Positions 40,081 through 50,493 of a stretch of DNA of 64,000 nucleotides are shown here, piece after piece. A program made the translations under genes and the position numbers. The notes under the pieces were generated by a model. The model made no database searches and was not told the origin of the DNA. It saw only the letters and a program-made list of their open reading frames with translations. The DNA is from Candidatus Latescibacterota bacterium (lineage in GTDB: Bacteria > Latescibacterota > UBA2968 > UBA8231). Every line of letters starts with the position of its first letter. Within the stretch, counting starts at the first letter, position 1. The stretch lies in assembly GCA_964291625.2 (NCBI GenBank), contig OZ220090.1:448001-512000 (forward strand). Reading direction: 5' to 3'.

Positions 40081-41034
40081 ATGGAATACGTACAACTCGG
40101 GAGACTCGGCGTCCGCGTGAGCCGCATCTGCCTCGGCACCGCCTTCCGCGGCCAGCGCGACGACGCCGTGGCCGCGCGTGTCATCGAACGGGCCGTCGAT
40201 CTGGGGTGCAACTTCATCGACTGCGCCAACTACTACGGCCGGGGGCGCTCCGAGACCGTCCTCGGAGAGGCGATCCGCGGCCGGCGCGACGACCTGTTCC
40301 TCACGAGCAAGGTGTGGAGCCGGATGGGACCTGGACCCAACGACGCCGGATCCTCCCGCTACCACATCACCCGGGAGGTGGAACGCAGCCTGCGGCGCCT
40401 CGGCACCGACCGCATCGATCTCTACCTCCTCCACAACTGGGACCCCGACTCGCCCCTGGACGAAAGCCTGCGCGCCATGGACGACCTGGTGCGCCAGGGG
40501 AAGGTCGTGTACGTCGGCGCCTGCAACTTCACCGCCGCCCAGACCCTGGAAGGCCTGTGGACAGCGGACCGCCTCGGCCTCGACGCCATCGCCTGCCTGC
40601 AGAACGAGTTCAACCTCCTCCACCGCTGGCCGGTCGAGTCGGAGTTGCTGCCCCTGGTGCGGCGCCGCGGGCTCGGCCTGATGACCTACAGCCCCTTGGC
40701 CGTGGGTCTGCTCACCGGCCGCTACCGCCGCGGCCAGCCGCCGCCGGCGGGGTCCCACTGGGAGGGCCGCGAGGACTTCGCGAGCACGATGGAGGGCATC
40801 GACGGCGTCGTGCAGGCCCTCATCGACGTCGGCTCCCGCCTGGGCAGGACCCCGGCGCAGGTGGCGCTGGCGTGGCTCCTCGACCACCCGGAGGTGACGG
40901 CCCCCATGATCGGCCCCGACCTGCCCGAGCACGTGGACGAGACCTTCGAGGCCCTGGGCTGGCAGCTGCCGCCCGAGGACCGCGCCGCCCTCGACGCGGC
41001 GACGGAGGCGGCGCCGGCACGCCGCTATCCGTGA
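40081..41034 (+). CDS. Aldo/keto reductase
   Basis: LGRLGVRVSRICLGT, DCANYY, SK, SLRRLGTDRIDLYLLH, YSPLA. Confidence 0.92.
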   Translation: MEYVQLGRLGVRVSRICLGTAFRGQRDDAVAARVIERAVDLGCNFIDCANYYGRGRSETVLGEAIRGRRDDLFLTSKVWSRMGPGPNDAGSSRYHITREVERSLRRLGTDRIDLYLLHNWDPDSPLDESLRAMDDLVRQGKVVYVGACNFTAAQTLEGLWTADRLGLDAIACLQNEFNLLHRWPVESELLPLVRRRGLGLMTYSPLAVGLLTGRYRRGQPPPAGSHWEGREDFASTMEGIDGVVQALIDVGSRLGRTPAQVALAWLLDHPEVTAPMIGPDLPEHVDETFEALGWQLPPEDRAALDAATEAAPARRYP

Positions 41035-42929
41035 CCTCCGAAGGGGCAGGAACGGCGGCGAACGCGGCGCCGGGGCCGCCGGGTCTGCGGCCGCCGCCGG
41101 AGGTCTGGCTCCACTCCGACCTTCCCGGCCGCTTCGGGCGCTCCTTCCGGTTCTCCCGGATCGAGGCCAGTCTGCAGGCCGACGACCCGGGGGAGGTCAC
41201 CGAAGTCCTGGAGACCGTCGAGGCGGCCGTGGACCGCGGGTTGCACGCCGTCGGCTTCCTCTGTTACGAGGCGGCGCCGGCCTTCGACCCCGCCTTCCCC
41301 TGCGGTCCCCGCGACCCCCTGCTGCCCCTGGTCTGGTTCGGGCTCTACGGACGGAGACGGGAGATCTCCGCCGCCGACGGTCCACCCTCCCGGGAGTACC
41401 GGCTCGGCCCGTGGACACCGGCGAGCCGCCCGCGGGACCACGCCGGGGCCGTGCGCCGCATCCACGAGTACATCGCCGCCGGCGACACCTACCAGGTGAA
41501 CTACACCTTCCCCCTGTCGGCCTCCTTCGAGGGCGATGCCGGAGGGCTCTACCGCGACCTTCGCCGCTCCCAGGGAGGGGCGGGTTTCTGCGCTTTCCTC
41601 GACCTCGGCCGGGCGGTGGTGGTCTCCGCCTCGCCGGAGCTGTTCTTCTCCCTGGACAGCGCCGGCGGCATCGAGGCGCGGCCCATGAAGGGCACCCGCC
41701 GGCGCGGACGCTGGGTCGAGGAAGACGACGATCTCGCCCGCGAGCTGACGGCCAGCGCCAAGGAACGGGCGGAGAACGTCATGATCGTGGACCTGCTGCG
41801 GAACGACCTCGGCCGCGTGTCGGTCAAGGGGTCCGTGCGGGTCCCCCGGCTGTGGCGGGCGGAGGCCCTCGACACGGTGTGGCAGATGACCTCGACGGTC
41901 ACCGCGAAGTTGCGTGACGGGGTGGGGCCGGGAAGGGTCTTCGAGGCCCTCTTCCCCTGCGGGTCGGTCACCGGGGCGCCCAAGGTGCGGACGACGCAGA
42001 TCATCCGCCAGCTCGAGGGCGCACCCCGGGGGGTGTACACCGGCTCCATCGGCTACCTCTCCCCCGGGGACAAGGGAGCCGCCACCCCGCGGGGGATGGA
42101 GGGGCGGTTCTCCGTCGCCATCCGTACCGTCACCCTCGACCGCTCCGCCGGGATCGCCCGGGCGGGGGTCGGCGCCGGCATCACCTGGGGCTCGGAGGCC
42201 TCCTCCGAGTACGGGGAGTGCCTGGCCAAGGCCCGCTTCCTCACGCCTACCCACACCGAGTTCGAGCTCCTCGAAGGACTGCTGTTTGAGCCTGAATGCG
42301 GATACTATCTTCTCGAACGCCACCTGCGCAGGCTCGAGGGTTCGGCGAGGTACTTCGGGTTCCCCCATGACGAGGCCCGGGTGCGCGCCCGGCTCGCCGC
42401 CGCCGCCGCAGGGGCGCGCGGGCCCCTGCGGGTTCGTCTGACGACGGCCCGGGACGGCGGCCTCACCGTCGAGTCGTCCGGGGTGGAAGCGGCTCCCTCC
42501 GAGGTGACGGCGGTCATCGCCGAAGAGGTCGCGGTGGACGCGGAGGACCGGTTCCTCTACCACAAGACCACCCACACGGGGGTGCGCGAAGAGGCCCTCG
42601 CCGAGGCTCGCCGCAGGGGCGCCCGGGAGGCGGTCCTGAGAAACCAGCGGGGCGAGATCGCGGGTGCCGCGACGGGGAACCTGCTCGTGCAGACGGAGGC
42701 CGGCTGCTTCACGCCCCCCCTCGCCAGCGGCATCCTGCCGGGGACGATGCGAGCCGAGCTGCTGGCCGCGGGCGAGGCCAGCGAGCGCCGCATGGGGGTC
42801 GAGGATCTCGTCTCCGCGCGGGCGGTCTACCGAATCGATTCCGTTCGCCGCCGGGTACGTCTGAGGATTCCGGACATGGCACACCACGGTACCGATCCAA
42901 TTCGAGAAGCCGCCGTCCTCGGCGGCTGA
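41031..42929 (+). CDS. pabB: Aminodeoxychorismate synthase component I fused to PabC-like domain
   Basis: GDTYQVN, SPELF, PMKGT, KERAENVMIVDLLRNDLG, FPCGSVTGAPK; C-terminal HKTT, TPPLASGILPG; start approximate. Confidence 0.9.
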   Translation: MTSEGAGTAANAAPGPPGLRPPPEVWLHSDLPGRFGRSFRFSRIEASLQADDPGEVTEVLETVEAAVDRGLHAVGFLCYEAAPAFDPAFPCGPRDPLLPLVWFGLYGRRREISAADGPPSREYRLGPWTPASRPRDHAGAVRRIHEYIAAGDTYQVNYTFPLSASFEGDAGGLYRDLRRSQGGAGFCAFLDLGRAVVVSASPELFFSLDSAGGIEARPMKGTRRRGRWVEEDDDLARELTASAKERAENVMIVDLLRNDLGRVSVKGSVRVPRLWRAEALDTVWQMTSTVTAKLRDGVGPGRVFEALFPCGSVTGAPKVRTTQIIRQLEGAPRGVYTGSIGYLSPGDKGAATPRGMEGRFSVAIRTVTLDRSAGIARAGVGAGITWGSEASSEYGECLAKARFLTPTHTEFELLEGLLFEPECGYYLLERHLRRLEGSARYFGFPHDEARVRARLAAAAAGARGPLRVRLTTARDGGLTVESSGVEAAPSEVTAVIAEEVAVDAEDRFLYHKTTHTGVREEALAEARRRGAREAVLRNQRGEIAGAATGNLLVQTEAGCFTPPLASGILPGTMRAELLAAGEASERRMGVEDLVSARAVYRIDSVRRRVRLRIPDMAHHGTDPIREAAVLGG

Positions 42930-42940
42930 GTTCAGGAGGG

Positions 42941-44146
42941 TTGCCAGTGTATCGCATGGGAGAAGCGGAGATCCGGCGGATCCGGCGCCTCATCGAGTCG
43001 GGGAAGATCTTCCGCTACGGATCCGGCGGGGAATGCGACCGGTTCGAGGCCGGCTGGGCCTCTCATCTGGGCGTGAAGCACGCGCGCATGACCCGCTCCG
43101 GAACGTCGGCTCTGTACACCGCCCTCGTCGGGCTCGGCGTGGGGCCCGGGGACCAGGTGGTGGTACCCGCCTACACCTACATGGCGACGGCCCTGGCGGT
43201 CCTCTCCGCCGGGGCCATCCCGGTGGTCGCCGACGTGGACGACTCCCTCACTCTGTCGGCGGCGGACCTCGAGAGCCGCCTGACCCGGCACACGCGGGCC
43301 GTGATCCCCGTGCACATGGTCGGCCTGCCCTGCGACATGGACGGCATCATGAAGGTCGCGCGGCGCCACGACCTGCTCGTCCTGGAAGACGCCTGTCAGG
43401 CCGTCGGCGGGGGCTACCGCGGCAGGGCCCTGGGGTCGATCGGCCACGCCGGCGCCTTCAGCTTCAACTTCTTCAAGAACATCACCTGCGGCGAAGGGGG
43501 AGCCTTCGTCACCAGCTCGAAGGCCGTGTACGACCGCGGCTCGGTGGCCGTCGACTGCTGCTCCTTCTACTGGGACGCCGACCCGGGAGACCCGGAGGCG
43601 CCGCGGTCTGCCGAAGACCTGCAGTTCGCCGGCCACAACTTCCGCGCCTCCGAGTTCGAGGGAGCCATCCTCAACGTTCAGCTCGGACGGCTGGATGGGA
43701 TGCTGGCGCGGATGCGCGACCAAAAGCAGGCCCTCACCGAAGCCGGAGAGGCCGCCGGGCTCACCTCGATCCGCAACCACAGCCCGGACCATGAGTGCGG
43801 CACCCATGCCGGCTTTCTCTTCGAGACGGAGGAGCGGGCGCGGACCTTCTCGGCCGATCTCGCCGATATGGGCGTGGGCAACTTCCGCCCCCTCGACACG
43901 GGCCGCCATGTCTATACCCGGTGGGAGCCGATCCTGCGCCAGCAGGGCTCTCACCACCCGGCCCTGGACCCCTTCAAGATCCCGGCCAACCGCAAGTGCA
44001 GGGTGAGATATACCCACGACATGTGCGCCTCCTCCCTCGACATCCTTGGGCGGGCGGTCCTGGTGCCCTGCCATCCCGACCATCGAAGGCCCCGCGTACG
44101 ATCGATGATCAAGGCGCTGGAAGCGGCCGCGGAGGCGGGGACATGA
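42941..44146 (+). CDS. DegT/DnrJ/EryC1/StrS aminotransferase
   Basis: SGTSAL, PVHMVG, EDACQA, FSFNFFKNITCGEGG. Confidence 0.9.
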   Translation: MPVYRMGEAEIRRIRRLIESGKIFRYGSGGECDRFEAGWASHLGVKHARMTRSGTSALYTALVGLGVGPGDQVVVPAYTYMATALAVLSAGAIPVVADVDDSLTLSAADLESRLTRHTRAVIPVHMVGLPCDMDGIMKVARRHDLLVLEDACQAVGGGYRGRALGSIGHAGAFSFNFFKNITCGEGGAFVTSSKAVYDRGSVAVDCCSFYWDADPGDPEAPRSAEDLQFAGHNFRASEFEGAILNVQLGRLDGMLARMRDQKQALTEAGEAAGLTSIRNHSPDHECGTHAGFLFETEERARTFSADLADMGVGNFRPLDTGRHVYTRWEPILRQQGSHHPALDPFKIPANRKCRVRYTHDMCASSLDILGRAVLVPCHPDHRRPRVRSMIKALEAAAEAGT

Positions 44147-46164
44147 AGAGCCCGCCCGACCTCCTCACCGTCGGTCCGGATCCGGCCGCCGGAGACCGGC
44201 GTCTGCTGGCGCCGCGAGCGCTCACGACTCCCTGCCGGCTCACGCCCGCCGCCGACCTGGCCGACTGGCGGCGGAGGGCCGCCCACATCCGCGAACGGAT
44301 CCTCTCCGTCACCGGCCTGCTGCCATCGCCCGAGCGGTCGCCCCTCAGGGCCCGGGTCCAGGGGCGCGTCGAGGGGCAGGGCTACTCGGTGGAGAAGGTC
44401 CACTTCGAGAGCCTCCCCGGGTTGTTCGTGTGCGGCAACCTGTACCGGCCCCTCGGTCTCACCGGAGCGGCCCCCGGGATCGTCTGTCCTCACGGCCACT
44501 GGTCCCAGGGGCGGTTCCACCACGACCATCTGGGCTCCGTCCCGGCGCGCGGCATGGGCCTGGCGCGCCTTGGCTGCGTGGCCTTCGCCTACGACATGGT
44601 CGGCTACAACGACTCGGCCCAGTTCGAGCACCGCCTCGCCTTCGGCTCCCGGGCCGGGCCGTGGGGAGTGGGCCAGCTGGGGCTGCAGCTGTGGAACAGC
44701 CTGCGGGTCGTCGACTTCCTCTGCTCGCTGAGCGACGTCGATCCCGCCCGCATCGGCGTTACCGGCGCCTCGGGCGGCGGCACCCAGACCTTCCTGCTCG
44801 CCGCCGTCGACGACCGGGTGGCCGCCGCCGCCCCGGTGAACATGATCTCGGGACACATGCAGGGAGGCTGCGTCTGCGAGAACCAGGACCACCTGCGGCT
44901 CGACCTGAACAACATCGAGATCGCCGCCTGCGCCGCCCCGCGTCCGCAGATGATGGTTTCGGCCACGGGCGACTGGACCGTGCACACGCCGTACCACGAG
45001 TACCCCGCCGTGCGCCGGGTCTACGACCTCTTCGGAGCCGCCGGACGCGTCCACACCTGCCAGGTGGAGGCCGACCACAACTACAACCGGGCAAGCCGGG
45101 AGGCCGTGTACGGCTTCTTCCGCCGCTACCTGCTCGGCGGCTCGGGCGCCCCGGTCCGGGAGCCGGACCTGGACCCCGTGGACCCCGCCGAGCTCCGTGT
45201 CTTCCCCCGGGAGCCCGGCTCCGGCCGGACCGTCATGCCGAAGCGGGCCCTGGCGGCGGGGGACCTGATCGACTCCGTCGCCCGCCGGGCCCGGCGGCGC
45301 AACGCCCTTCTGCAGCCGCGGGATGTCGCCGGCCTGCGGCGGCTGCGCTCCCGCCTCGGCCCGGCCCTGCGGCACTGCCTGGCGGCGCGCATGCCGGCAC
45401 CCGGAGAGGTGGACCTCCAGGAGCGGGGAAGGGAGCGCCTGCGGCAACGGGGCGGGGAGCTCGTGTACGAGCGCTTGCTGCTGAGGCTCGAAGGCGGCGC
45501 CGTCCCCGCGGTGATGGTCTCGGCGGCTTCCGCCGCCCGTGGGCCGGCGGCCCTGGTCGTGCACGAGGAAGGCAAGGCGGCGCTCTTCACCAGCGACGGC
45601 GAGCCTCGTGCTCCGGTGGCGGCCCTGCTGCGGGCGGGCCACAGGGTACTGGCCATCGACCCCTTTCTCCTGGGCGAGGCCGGGGATGCGGACCACCCCT
45701 ACCCGGCCGAGGACATCGACCACTTCCACACCTACAACCCGGTGACCGCGTCGGCGCGCGTCCAGGACGTGCTCAGCGCCCTCGGCTACCTGCGCGACCG
45801 GCCCGATACCGGCGGCGTGCGCCTCCTCGGCCAGGGGCGGGCCGGCTTGTGGTGTCTCTTCGCCGCTGCCGCCGCGGGCTCCTCCGGGCCGCGGGCCACC
45901 TGTGTCGAGGTCGGCGGGTTCCACTTCGAGCGTGACTGGGAGAGTACGTGCCCCATCCCCGCGGTCCGGGCCGCCGGGGACGTGGCCACCGCCGCCGCCC
46001 TGATCGCGCCCGGGCGCCTGGCCGTCCACGGGGCCGGCGCCGGCCAGCGCTTCCCGGCGGCCGCCGTGCGGAGGATCTACCGTTCCGCCGCCCGCCCGGA
46101 GGCCCTGACCATATCCCGCCGCCGGTGGTCCTCGGAGCGCCAGGCGGGCTGGCTGCTGACCTGA
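44143..46164 (+). CDS. Tandem alpha/beta-hydrolase (acetylxylan esterase-like)
   Basis: EKVHFESLPG, PHGH, GVTGASGGGTQT nucleophile elbow, HNY; degenerate second domain. Confidence 0.8.
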   Translation: MKSPPDLLTVGPDPAAGDRRLLAPRALTTPCRLTPAADLADWRRRAAHIRERILSVTGLLPSPERSPLRARVQGRVEGQGYSVEKVHFESLPGLFVCGNLYRPLGLTGAAPGIVCPHGHWSQGRFHHDHLGSVPARGMGLARLGCVAFAYDMVGYNDSAQFEHRLAFGSRAGPWGVGQLGLQLWNSLRVVDFLCSLSDVDPARIGVTGASGGGTQTFLLAAVDDRVAAAAPVNMISGHMQGGCVCENQDHLRLDLNNIEIAACAAPRPQMMVSATGDWTVHTPYHEYPAVRRVYDLFGAAGRVHTCQVEADHNYNRASREAVYGFFRRYLLGGSGAPVREPDLDPVDPAELRVFPREPGSGRTVMPKRALAAGDLIDSVARRARRRNALLQPRDVAGLRRLRSRLGPALRHCLAARMPAPGEVDLQERGRERLRQRGGELVYERLLLRLEGGAVPAVMVSAASAARGPAALVVHEEGKAALFTSDGEPRAPVAALLRAGHRVLAIDPFLLGEAGDADHPYPAEDIDHFHTYNPVTASARVQDVLSALGYLRDRPDTGGVRLLGQGRAGLWCLFAAAAAGSSGPRATCVEVGGFHFERDWESTCPIPAVRAAGDVATAAALIAPGRLAVHGAGAGQRFPAAAVRRIYRSAARPEALTISRRRWSSERQAGWLLT

Positions 46165-46210
46165 GGGAGGCCGGGGCGGGGTACCCCCCGCGGCCCACCC
46201 GGCATCTGCG

Positions 46211-47044
46211 ATGAACACCGAAGAGCTGCAGGCGAAGAAGGGGCGGGGCGAGCCGATCGTCGTCCTCACCTGCTACGACAGCCCCACGGCCGCCTGGCAG
46301 GAGGCGGCCGGTGTCGATGTCGTGTTCTGCGGCGACAGCGTCGGCACCAATCTCCTCGGGTACGACGACGAGCGGCAGGTGACGATGGACGACATGATCC
46401 ACCACCTGAAGGCCGTCCGGCGCGGCCTGCGCGGGGGCGCCTACCTGCTCGCCGACCTGCCCTACGGCTCCGCCGACACTCCCGGGGAGGCCCTGGACAA
46501 CTCCCTGCGCTTCACCGCCCTCGGCGCCGACGGCGTCAAGCTGGAGGGATTCAAGCCCGAGGTCGTGACCGCCCTCGCCGGACGCGGACTCGATGTGTGG
46601 TGCCATCTCGGCCTGAACCCGCAGATCCACGAGGCGCCGCGGATCCAGGCCCGTACCGCCAGGGGCGCGGCCCTCCTGGTGGAGCGGGCCCTCCGCCTCC
46701 AGGAGGCGGGGGCTGCCTTCCTGGTCCTCGAGCTCATCCCGGAGGAGGTCGGCAGGGCGGTCACCGAACGCCTCGACATCCCCACCATCGGCATCGCCGC
46801 CGGCCGCCACACCGACGGGCAGGTCCAGATCGTCACCGACGTCCTCGGCGTCCACGAGCTCGACCTGCGCCACGTGCGCCGCTACGGCGAGTTCGCACGC
46901 CAGGGGATCCGGGGCATCGCCGCCTATGTCGACGATGTCCGCCAGCGGCGTTTTCCCGCCGCCGGTCAGGGGTGGCGCATGAAGGAGGCCGAGGCGGCCG
47001 AGTTCGAGCGCTGGCTGTCCGGGCCCCCCCCCGAAGACCGCTAG
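46211..47044 (+). CDS. panB: 3-methyl-2-oxobutanoate hydroxymethyltransferase
   Basis: LTCYD, GDSVG, ADLP, VKLEG, HLGLNPQ, PTIGIAAG, DGQV. Confidence 0.93.
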   Translation: MNTEELQAKKGRGEPIVVLTCYDSPTAAWQEAAGVDVVFCGDSVGTNLLGYDDERQVTMDDMIHHLKAVRRGLRGGAYLLADLPYGSADTPGEALDNSLRFTALGADGVKLEGFKPEVVTALAGRGLDVWCHLGLNPQIHEAPRIQARTARGAALLVERALRLQEAGAAFLVLELIPEEVGRAVTERLDIPTIGIAAGRHTDGQVQIVTDVLGVHELDLRHVRRYGEFARQGIRGIAAYVDDVRQRRFPAAGQGWRMKEAEAAEFERWLSGPPPEDR

Positions 47045-48909
47045 CCGGTCCTTTCCCGCAGGTCCACGTGGAGGTCGAGCCGCGGCAGGTCCACGTGCCG
47101 GACGGTGGCCGCGTAGAGGCTCCCCGGCCGGCCCCCCGGCGGCAGGCTGACCGGCGTCTCCAGGGCCAGTTCCGGAATCACCAGCGTGCCCCGGCGGCCT
47201 CTCGCGTCGATCAGCTCCGCCGCTCCCTGCCAACCGGGCCGCTGCCGCAGCCGGACCAGAGTCCAGTGGCGATTGGCGAGCCGCTCGGTGCGGCGCACGG
47301 CACGGGCGGCGGCCTCGGCCTGGGCGGCGCGCTCGAACATCTGCTCTCGCTCCAGGGGTTCGGCCTCGGAGGCCCAGGCGCGCAGTTGCTGGTGGGCGAG
47401 GAGGTCGACGTAGCGGCGCAGGGGACTCGTGACCCGCACGTAGGCCTGCAGTCCCAGGCCGCGGTGGGGAGCGGGCTCGCCGCTGACGCGGGCCGGAGTC
47501 TGGCGCCGCCGCAGGGCGAAGGCGGCGGCCAGCGAGCCCTCCGGCGGCGGCGCATCCCCCTCGCTCTCCGGGGCCGCTTCCTGCACCGAGAAGGGCATGG
47601 CCAGTCCGCTCTCGACCGCCCTCCGCGCCGTCCCTTCGCCGGCCAGGATCATGGCCTCGGCCACCATCCTGCGGATCGGCGAGGGCACCAGGGGCTCGAT
47701 GTGGATGACGGGCGCCTCCCTCCCGCCCTCCACGCGGATGCGCGCCTCGGGCCACTGCAGGTCCACGGCCCCGGCGGTCAGCCTCCGGGAACGGGCCCGA
47801 TCGGTGAGCTCCACCAGCCTCTGCAGGAGCGGGTCCCGGTCGAGGCGTTCATTGGCGGCTCCATAGGTCAACCGCTCGACCCGCACCCGCGAAGGCAGGA
47901 AGGCGCAGTCCGTGACCCGGCCCTCCTCGTCGAGGCGGAGCCGGAAGGAGAGGGCCGGCGACTCACCTTCCGGGCCCAGGCCCAGCCCCAGGCGATCCAC
48001 CGCCTCGCGGGGAAGCATCGGGATCGCCCCGTCCGGCAGGTAGAGGGTGGCGCCGCGGTCTCTCGCCTCGCGGTCCACAGGGCTCTCCGGGGGGACGGCG
48101 GAGGCCGCGTCGGCCACGTGGACCCAGAGAGCCCCGTCCTCGTCGAGGGAGACGGCGTCGTCGGGGTCGCGGCTGCCCTCGTCGTCGATGGCGAGGGCCG
48201 GCAGGTGAGTGAGGTCCTTCCGCGGCTCCGGGGACGGGTCCGCCACGGCCGTCCGGGGCGCCTCCGGAGGGAGTCCGGCCCAGGCGGGGTAGGGCACGTC
48301 CGAGACCGACCAGCGCCTCACTTCCAGGAGCAGGGCGTGGGCGTTCTCCGCCGTCTCGGCGCGGCCGAGTTCCTTCAGCACGGGCGAGCCCTCGCGGCGG
48401 CCGAGGGCCAGGTCCTGCAGGGGGCGCAGGAACTCCTCGTCCTCGTCGGTCACGGCTCCGCCCCGGACGCGCTCGACGAAGGCGGACCAGGCCCGGGCCC
48501 TCCGGGCGGCCTGGTGACGGCGCTCGCTCTCCTCCGACACCTCCAGCGGGGATCGCGCCACGACGGCCTCCGGCGATCCCGAGAAGTGCAGGCCGTCGGC
48601 GACCAGCTGCCAGGCGGCCCAGGCGGCGGCGGGGGTGGCACCGCCGAAGAGCAACTCGGCGAGGGTGGCCAGGTCGCAGGGATCCTCCCCGTGAAGCAGG
48701 TCGCGCACGGCCTCGACCGGCTCGGCCGGCCCTGGGTCGGACAGGTCGGCCAACGTACAGGGGCCGCCATGCAGCAGAGTCACGTCCTTGGGGCGCACAC
48801 GGCGGGACCCGCCCTCCGTCTCGATCTCCAGGCGGCCCTCCCCGGGTTTCTTGACGCGGGCCGGACGGCCCTTGTAGAGTACGAGCCCGCCTGTGGGCAG
48901 CTCACTCAT
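47041..48909 (-). CDS. RNB-domain exoribonuclease (RNase II/R family)
   Basis: AIDDEGSRDPDDA, HVADA, RGATLYLP, HRGLGL, TSPLRRYVDL. Confidence 0.9.
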   Translation of the reverse strand: MSELPTGGLVLYKGRPARVKKPGEGRLEIETEGGSRRVRPKDVTLLHGGPCTLADLSDPGPAEPVEAVRDLLHGEDPCDLATLAELLFGGATPAAAWAAWQLVADGLHFSGSPEAVVARSPLEVSEESERRHQAARRARAWSAFVERVRGGAVTDEDEEFLRPLQDLALGRREGSPVLKELGRAETAENAHALLLEVRRWSVSDVPYPAWAGLPPEAPRTAVADPSPEPRKDLTHLPALAIDDEGSRDPDDAVSLDEDGALWVHVADAASAVPPESPVDREARDRGATLYLPDGAIPMLPREAVDRLGLGLGPEGESPALSFRLRLDEEGRVTDCAFLPSRVRVERLTYGAANERLDRDPLLQRLVELTDRARSRRLTAGAVDLQWPEARIRVEGGREAPVIHIEPLVPSPIRRMVAEAMILAGEGTARRAVESGLAMPFSVQEAAPESEGDAPPPEGSLAAAFALRRRQTPARVSGEPAPHRGLGLQAYVRVTSPLRRYVDLLAHQQLRAWASEAEPLEREQMFERAAQAEAAARAVRRTERLANRHWTLVRLRQRPGWQGAAELIDARGRRGTLVIPELALETPVSLPPGGRPGSLYAATVRHVDLPRLDLHVDLRERTG

Positions 48910-48999
48910 TCCCGACTTCCTTCCCCTCCGTGCAAAGCTGCACCCGCCAGTCAAGGCTGTCCAAGGCGGCCTCCTGCGGTGGCCGCCCCTGAACCCGGC

Positions 49000-50493
49000 G
49001 TGGCACCGGACCTCTCTCTCGGCATCGACCTGGGCACTGCGAGTGTCAAGGTCCTGGTGGTCGACTCCGGCGGCCGGGTGGTGGGGAAGGCCTCGTCCGG
49101 GTACCCCCTGCACACCCCGAGGCCTGGGTGGGTGGAGCAGGATCCGGAAAACTGGTGGCAGGCCACGTGCGCGGCCCTGCGCCAAGCCGCGCGGCAGGTC
49201 GACGCCGCCCGCATCCGGGGACTCTCCCTCTCGGGGCAGCTCAACGGCGGACTCTTCCTCGACGAGGCCCTGCGGCCGTTGCGGCCGGTGCCGATCTGGC
49301 TCGACCACCGGGCCGCCGAACTCTGCCGGCGCATCGATGGCGGCGCCGCGGGGGACCGCGTCCTCCGGTCGGCCCGGCAGCGCTTGACGCCGGTGAACAC
49401 CCTGGCCAAGATCCTCTGGGTGCGCGACCACGAGCCGGCGGTCTACAGGAAGACGCGAGTCGTCCTGCTGCCGAAGGACTGGCTGCGGCTCCGCCTCTCG
49501 GGCAGCACCGGGACCGACCTGACGGACGCCTCCGTGACCGCCGCCCTCGACCTGAAGGAGAAGCGCTGGTCGTCGGAGATCCTCGCCGCCGTCGGTGTGC
49601 GCGAGGATCTGTTTCCGCCGCTGTCCCCGTCGACCGAAGTGGTGGGCGCCGTCACCGAGGAGGCGGCCGCCTCCACCGGAGTGCCGGCCGGCGTCCCGGT
49701 CTGCGCCGGCGGCGGCGACATGCCCTGTCTCGCCGTGGGCAGCGGAGTGGTCCGTCCCGGGATCGTCTCTCTCGGCATCGGCACCGCGGCCCACGCCACG
49801 GCCTACGCCCCGGATCTGGAGACCGCCTCCGGGCCTGCCACCGAGGGGCTGTGGCCCATGTGCCATCCCGACGGCGGCGGCCATGCCTGGCTCGGGTGCT
49901 CCTTCACCGGCGGCGAGAGCCTGCGCTGGCTGACGGGGATCCTCGGCGCCGGCTTCGAGGGGTTGCTCGCCGAGGCGGAAGAAGCCGAAGCCGGCAGCCG
50001 GGGACTGGTCTTCGCCCCCTGGCTCGAGGGCCGGGCCACGCCGGGTCCCGACCCGGCCGCCCGGGGGGCCTTCCTGGGGCTGGACCTGCGCCACGGCCGC
50101 GGGCACATGGTACGCGCTGTCATGGAAGGTGTGGCCTACGATCTTCGCGAGTGCCTGGAGTGCTTCCGCTGCGCCGGGCTGCGGGGACACGAGATCCGCA
50201 TCGGCGAAGGCGGCCTGCGCTCCGTCCTGTGGAGGCAGATCCTGGCCGACGTGGTGGGCACGCCGGTGCGCGTCCTCGCCGTGGAGGACCCTTCCGCCCT
50301 CGGCGCGGCCCTGATCGCCGCCGTGGGCACGGGCCTGTTCGAGGACTTCGAGGAGGCCTGCGGCGCCGCGGTCGGGAGCGCCCGGACGGTGGAGCCCCGG
50401 GACGAGGCGCGCGCCGCCTACGAGGAGGGATTCATGGAGTACCAGCAGATCTATCCCGCCCTGCGGGACTGGCACGGAGGGCGCGGCCCATGA
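49000..50493 (+). CDS. xylB: FGGY carbohydrate kinase (xylulokinase-like)
   Basis: GIDLGT, EQDPENWW, SGQ, LLPKDW, GGGD, RAVMEGVAY; start uncertain (48979 or 49000). Confidence 0.8.
   Translation: MAPDLSLGIDLGTASVKVLVVDSGGRVVGKASSGYPLHTPRPGWVEQDPENWWQATCAALRQAARQVDAARIRGLSLSGQLNGGLFLDEALRPLRPVPIWLDHRAAELCRRIDGGAAGDRVLRSARQRLTPVNTLAKILWVRDHEPAVYRKTRVVLLPKDWLRLRLSGSTGTDLTDASVTAALDLKEKRWSSEILAAVGVREDLFPPLSPSTEVVGAVTEEAAASTGVPAGVPVCAGGGDMPCLAVGSGVVRPGIVSLGIGTAAHATAYAPDLETASGPATEGLWPMCHPDGGGHAWLGCSFTGGESLRWLTGILGAGFEGLLAEAEEAEAGSRGLVFAPWLEGRATPGPDPAARGAFLGLDLRHGRGHMVRAVMEGVAYDLRECLECFRCAGLRGHEIRIGEGGLRSVLWRQILADVVGTPVRVLAVEDPSALGAALIAAVGTGLFEDFEEACGAAVGSARTVEPRDEARAAYEEGFMEYQQIYPALRDWHGGRGP

Noticed and set aside
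37956-41030. Apparent 1657-aa PabB fusion
   Set aside because: The N-terminal 1000 aa is an open frame over three real genes; PabB starts near 41031
41031-42929. PabB-PabC fusion as a novelty
   Set aside because: Common, well-known fusion
48932-48950. Possible sigma54 site on the minus strand (TGGC...TTGCA) upstream of the RNB gene
   Set aside because: GG-to-GC spacing is three bases too long
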